A stretch of 29,431 bases of DNA, from positions 1 to 29,431 of the forward strand of contig JAJRWI010000002.1 in the NCBI GenBank assembly GCA_024276825.1, read 5' to 3'. Of this stretch, positions 26,301 to 29,431 are shown piece after piece. The position numbers were made by a program, and so were the translations under genes. The notes below the pieces were generated by a model. It searched no databases. It saw only the letters and a program-made list of their open reading frames with translations, and had not been told where the DNA came from. This DNA comes from an archaeon (GTDB lineage Archaea > Asgardarchaeota > Thorarchaeia > Thorarchaeales > Thorarchaeaceae). Numbering within the stretch: the first letter of the stretch is position 1; each line of letters opens with the position of its first letter.

Positions 26301-27861
26301 TTACATCAAATGAGTCAATCACAGTGAACACTGCCCTGAATGCATAAATACGAAATGTGTATGTTATGGGAACCGTTTCTGATTGCCCAAGAGCATTTCT
26401 TATGGTAGACAGCGCACTATCTCCAAATGATGTTAGAATAAAAGGAAGTGATTCCAGAACAATACAAGAAACGCCATTACCATATGCAGCCTTGATATCC
26501 TTAATCAATACATCTAGGTTTCCATAAACCGAACTCTGTCGCCCCTCGTTGTCTGTTGCATTTCCTGCAAGCCCCAATCTTAACTCGTAGTCCTCATCTC
26601 CTGTGTTTCCAACTGATCGCGAATATGAGTAAACGAGATATTCGCCAACATCGTTAATCATCTCGAGTGAGAAACGGGTTCTACTGGCATAGTATTGGAC
26701 CTTGTCCCAGAGCGACATACTGTCATAGGTGACACCACAATACTTCATAAAGAGAGTATCGCCATCCTGAATATCATCAAGAACAAAAGCATCAACCACA
26801 ACTCCAGCTAACAATCCATTATTATGGGCCTGATTGACAATCTCTTTAGTCATCTCAATTATGATTGACTGGTTGATATTGTCAGAAATACTACGGATAG
26901 TTATGGAAAAGCCAGTGAGGTCAATGCTTCTTGCACTACTCAATAGACTCTGCCATTCAGTTCGAGTCAGTGTGAGATCAAAATAAATGATACTTGGCAG
27001 ATTTAATACGTTCATACTCTGTGTGAGATTAACAAAGATTGTCGTGTACTCAGCAAATGCATTAAAGGTCCTGACGAAATCTGCTGTTGTATTTCGATAA
27101 ATATCATGGACTGCACTGAAAACAATATTATACTCGATAGTAGTTTTATTCAAGGCAGTCAGCCAGCTTTGAAGTCTGTCCATCGATGTTTGCGAATAAC
27201 CATCAATCCGAAAGCTGAGACCGAACTCATTATTCTGAAGCGAGTTTAATGTCTGATTGTCTGGGGCGTGGTCGAGATAAGGGAAATCCCAATTATACAA
27301 TGGCATGTCTAAAAAAATGGAGGATGAACTGCTATATTCAACTGCCGCTATTTGCGTCTGGCCCATGATTAGTATCGAAGCAGGAAAAAGCAGACCAATC
27401 AGGTTTAGAACGACAAGATAGACCACACCTTTTTTGCCCAATGTCTTGATGCTAGTTTTTGGTCGAAGTCTTCCGAGTATCACCATAAGGCTACAGGCAA
27501 GCAGGTTCATGGCAAACATGAGGTAGAATAGATGGACCAGTCTAACAAGGAGTAAATAAAACACACACATGATCAGTGTGATTACGACTGGCATGAGAGC
27601 TGACCTGTTGAGATAATAATCTCTGATTATCAATGGCAAGAAGACAAGCAAGGGGATAACATAAAACGCGATTGGCAATGAGTCAAGAAGAGCAACTCCA
27701 ATCATTGTCAAGCGAACCAATATTGAAATAACGGCATATATGATTATAACTATATTCAATGAGAGAATTGTAACTGTGAGATAATGTATTATTAACCCAC
27801 TGTTTGATGATTCAATTCTTTCTTTCAATGCCTGTCTTCGGTCAAGAAATTGGTCTAGCAC
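26290..27861 (-). CDS. Hypothetical membrane protein: ~5 N-terminal TM helices plus a large soluble alpha/beta domain
   Basis: Hydrophobic N-terminal ~170 aa, then alternating beta/alpha segments ('IIYFDLT', 'LAGVVVD', 'ELRLGLAG', 'CIVLES') with several sequons. GTG start. Confidence 0.7.
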   Translation of the reverse strand: MLDQFLDRRQALKERIESSNSGLIIHYLTVTILSLNIVIIIYAVISILVRLTMIGVALLDSLPIAFYVIPLLVFLPLIIRDYYLNRSALMPVVITLIMCVFYLLLVRLVHLFYLMFAMNLLACSLMVILGRLRPKTSIKTLGKKGVVYLVVLNLIGLLFPASILIMGQTQIAAVEYSSSSSIFLDMPLYNWDFPYLDHAPDNQTLNSLQNNEFGLSFRIDGYSQTSMDRLQSWLTALNKTTIEYNIVFSAVHDIYRNTTADFVRTFNAFAEYTTIFVNLTQSMNVLNLPSIIYFDLTLTRTEWQSLLSSARSIDLTGFSITIRSISDNINQSIIIEMTKEIVNQAHNNGLLAGVVVDAFVLDDIQDGDTLFMKYCGVTYDSMSLWDKVQYYASRTRFSLEMINDVGEYLVYSYSRSVGNTGDEDYELRLGLAGNATDNEGRQSSVYGNLDVLIKDIKAAYGNGVSCIVLESLPFILTSFGDSALSTIRNALGQSETVPITYTFRIYAFRAVFTVIDSFDVIML

Positions 27862-28060
27862 AACTAATCACTCTGATCATCAATATCTCATGGAACATAA
27901 GGAGTTCTATGTGGTAGCATCATTGCTTGTATATGCTGTGCATCAGACTTTGACCATCCATTAGCAATTTCAGCAATTGCAATATACCTGTTATTGGACG
28001 TAGTTAATGGATATATATTCGATAGCAAACAATATAGAAAGCTATTGCCCCGAATTATCT

Positions 28061-29263
28061 ATGTATGATATGGCAATAGTTGGTGCTGGCCCCGCTGGAT
28101 CAACCACAGCCAGATACTTAGCAAGGCAGGGTTTTAATGTGTGCCTGATTGATAGAAATGAGTTTCCTCGCGATAAACCCTGTGGCGGCGGATTTTCATA
28201 CTCGCTGATTAATGAGTTTCCTTGGTTAAAGAAGAAACAAGAGTTATTCCTTGACGCCATTTGTAGGATTGCAGTGCTTCACTCACCGAATCTCAAGATA
28301 ACTCTGAAGAGTAGCGTGGACATGGCAGTGGCACGACGCGCCAATTTCGATAACGCCATCTTTACTGAGGCTTGCGACTCTGGTGCAGATGCGCTACTCA
28401 ACTCGCGAGTCAAGGATATCTCAATTAATGATAAGGTCTCAATCTTACTGGCTAATGGTGATCAGATAGATGCCCGAGTTGCTGTGGGAGCAGATGGTGC
28501 GAACAGCCTTGTTGCTCGAAGGCTCTCACTGAATAAGAAATGGCCATATGGTTCTCTAATACCCTGCAATGTCTGCGAGATTCCAATGAACCCCGAGATG
28601 ATTGATGAATTCTACACTCCTGATAGAGAATATCATTTCTTTGCAAATTGCGGTGGTGAGCCTGGCTATGGCTGGATCTTTCCCAAGAGTGAAACTGTCA
28701 ATGTGGGCATTGGAATTCTTGGAAACAGAGCCAAAGGACTACCGAGAAAGTTCAGAAACTATATCGCTATGCTGCAAAATCTCGGTCTTCTGCCAAAGAA
28801 GGTTGATCTCTCTCATGCACGGGGTGCGGTTGTTCCAATCAGGGGCACAATTCGCAAGACCTATGCAAACAGAGCAAGTCTTGTTGGTGATTCGGCAGGA
28901 ATGGTCAGTCCGATTACTGGTGGTGGTATCCATTATGCTATGAGAGCTGCGAGAATAGCAGCATCAGTCTTGAGTCAATTATTTGAGAATGATTGTCTGG
29001 ATGAGAGGTCTCTTGCTCTGTATCAACAGATTTGGTGGCAAGATTTCGGACACAAGATCAAGAAGCAGTTGCCAGCACAAAGAATCGTGACATCAGATAT
29101 TCTGGATGTCTTGTTTGAAATTGGCTCAAGGGATTCCAAGATTCAAGAGATTGTGTCAAATGCATTCTCAGAGAGCTCAGAAAGAGATATAGAAATTTTG
29201 CCTTTGATATTAAGGACCATCTCAGTTTGTTTGAAAAGCTCATTTGGTCTATATTATAGATGA
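28061..29263 (+). CDS. Geranylgeranyl reductase family FAD-dependent oxidoreductase
   Basis: 'YDMAIVGAGPAGSTTA', 'FPRDKPCGGG', 'VGADGANS', 'PGYGWIFPK' and 'LVGDSAGMVSPITGGGIHYAM'. Likely ATG at 28061. Confidence 0.9.
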   Translation: MYDMAIVGAGPAGSTTARYLARQGFNVCLIDRNEFPRDKPCGGGFSYSLINEFPWLKKKQELFLDAICRIAVLHSPNLKITLKSSVDMAVARRANFDNAIFTEACDSGADALLNSRVKDISINDKVSILLANGDQIDARVAVGADGANSLVARRLSLNKKWPYGSLIPCNVCEIPMNPEMIDEFYTPDREYHFFANCGGEPGYGWIFPKSETVNVGIGILGNRAKGLPRKFRNYIAMLQNLGLLPKKVDLSHARGAVVPIRGTIRKTYANRASLVGDSAGMVSPITGGGIHYAMRAARIAASVLSQLFENDCLDERSLALYQQIWWQDFGHKIKKQLPAQRIVTSDILDVLFEIGSRDSKIQEIVSNAFSESSERDIEILPLILRTISVCLKSSFGLYYR

Positions 29264-29431
29264 TTAATATGTCAATATAGCGCATTAGACCGTCAAGTCC
29301 AGAAACCAATAACTCTTCAAGATTGTAAGATGATTTATTAGAATTCAGTATTATTAGACAAATACACTTTGGGTCAAATCCTGTTGCATAATCAAACAGG
29401 TTGGAGCGGAATCATCAGCTATTAAATCTGA

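Noticed and set aside
29058-29431. 83-aa minus-strand ORF, or a gene entering from the right edge
   Set aside because: It overlaps the GGR 3' end by about 200 nt, its frame is closed upstream by TGA TGA, and it has no motif.
1-29431. tRNA/rRNA genes, CRISPR arrays, transposases/integrases, reverse transcriptase/DGR, selenocysteine or pyrrolysine readthrough
   Set aside because: I saw no cloverleaf, spaced repeat array, mobile-element motif, or gene that appears truncated at a TGA/TAG. This was by eye only.

Overview
Gene-dense archaeal chromosomal window, most likely from an Asgard archaeon (Thorarchaeia-like, an inference). Supporting signs are an archaeal TBP, a geranylgeranyl reductase, TATA boxes and GGAG/GGTG Shine-Dalgarno sites, several longin/roadblock-type proteins and sequon-rich surface proteins with Ig-like repeats. 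Much of it is housekeeping or metabolic: lactate permease, TatD-associated radical SAM protein, MBL hydrolase, FadH-like reductase, site-2 protease, AsnRS, NTPase, esterase, GDPD, TBP and GGR. The most striking region is about 13.7-20.2 kb. It encodes (i) a uDENN/longin-like domain fused to a six-CxxC TackOD1-like domain, (ii) an MFS-fold membrane protein with a C-terminal tandem helix-hairpin-helix domain, (iii) two tandem paralogous longin + double winged-helix proteins reminiscent of NPRL2/NPRL3, one with an extra roadblock-like insert, (iv) an overlapping MinD/ParA ATPase with an Arg-substituted deviant Walker A, and (v) a degenerate GNAT. No small GTPase is visible in the window. I recognised no rRNA, tRNA, CRISPR array or mobile element. 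All family assignments come from motif recognition by eye, not database searches.
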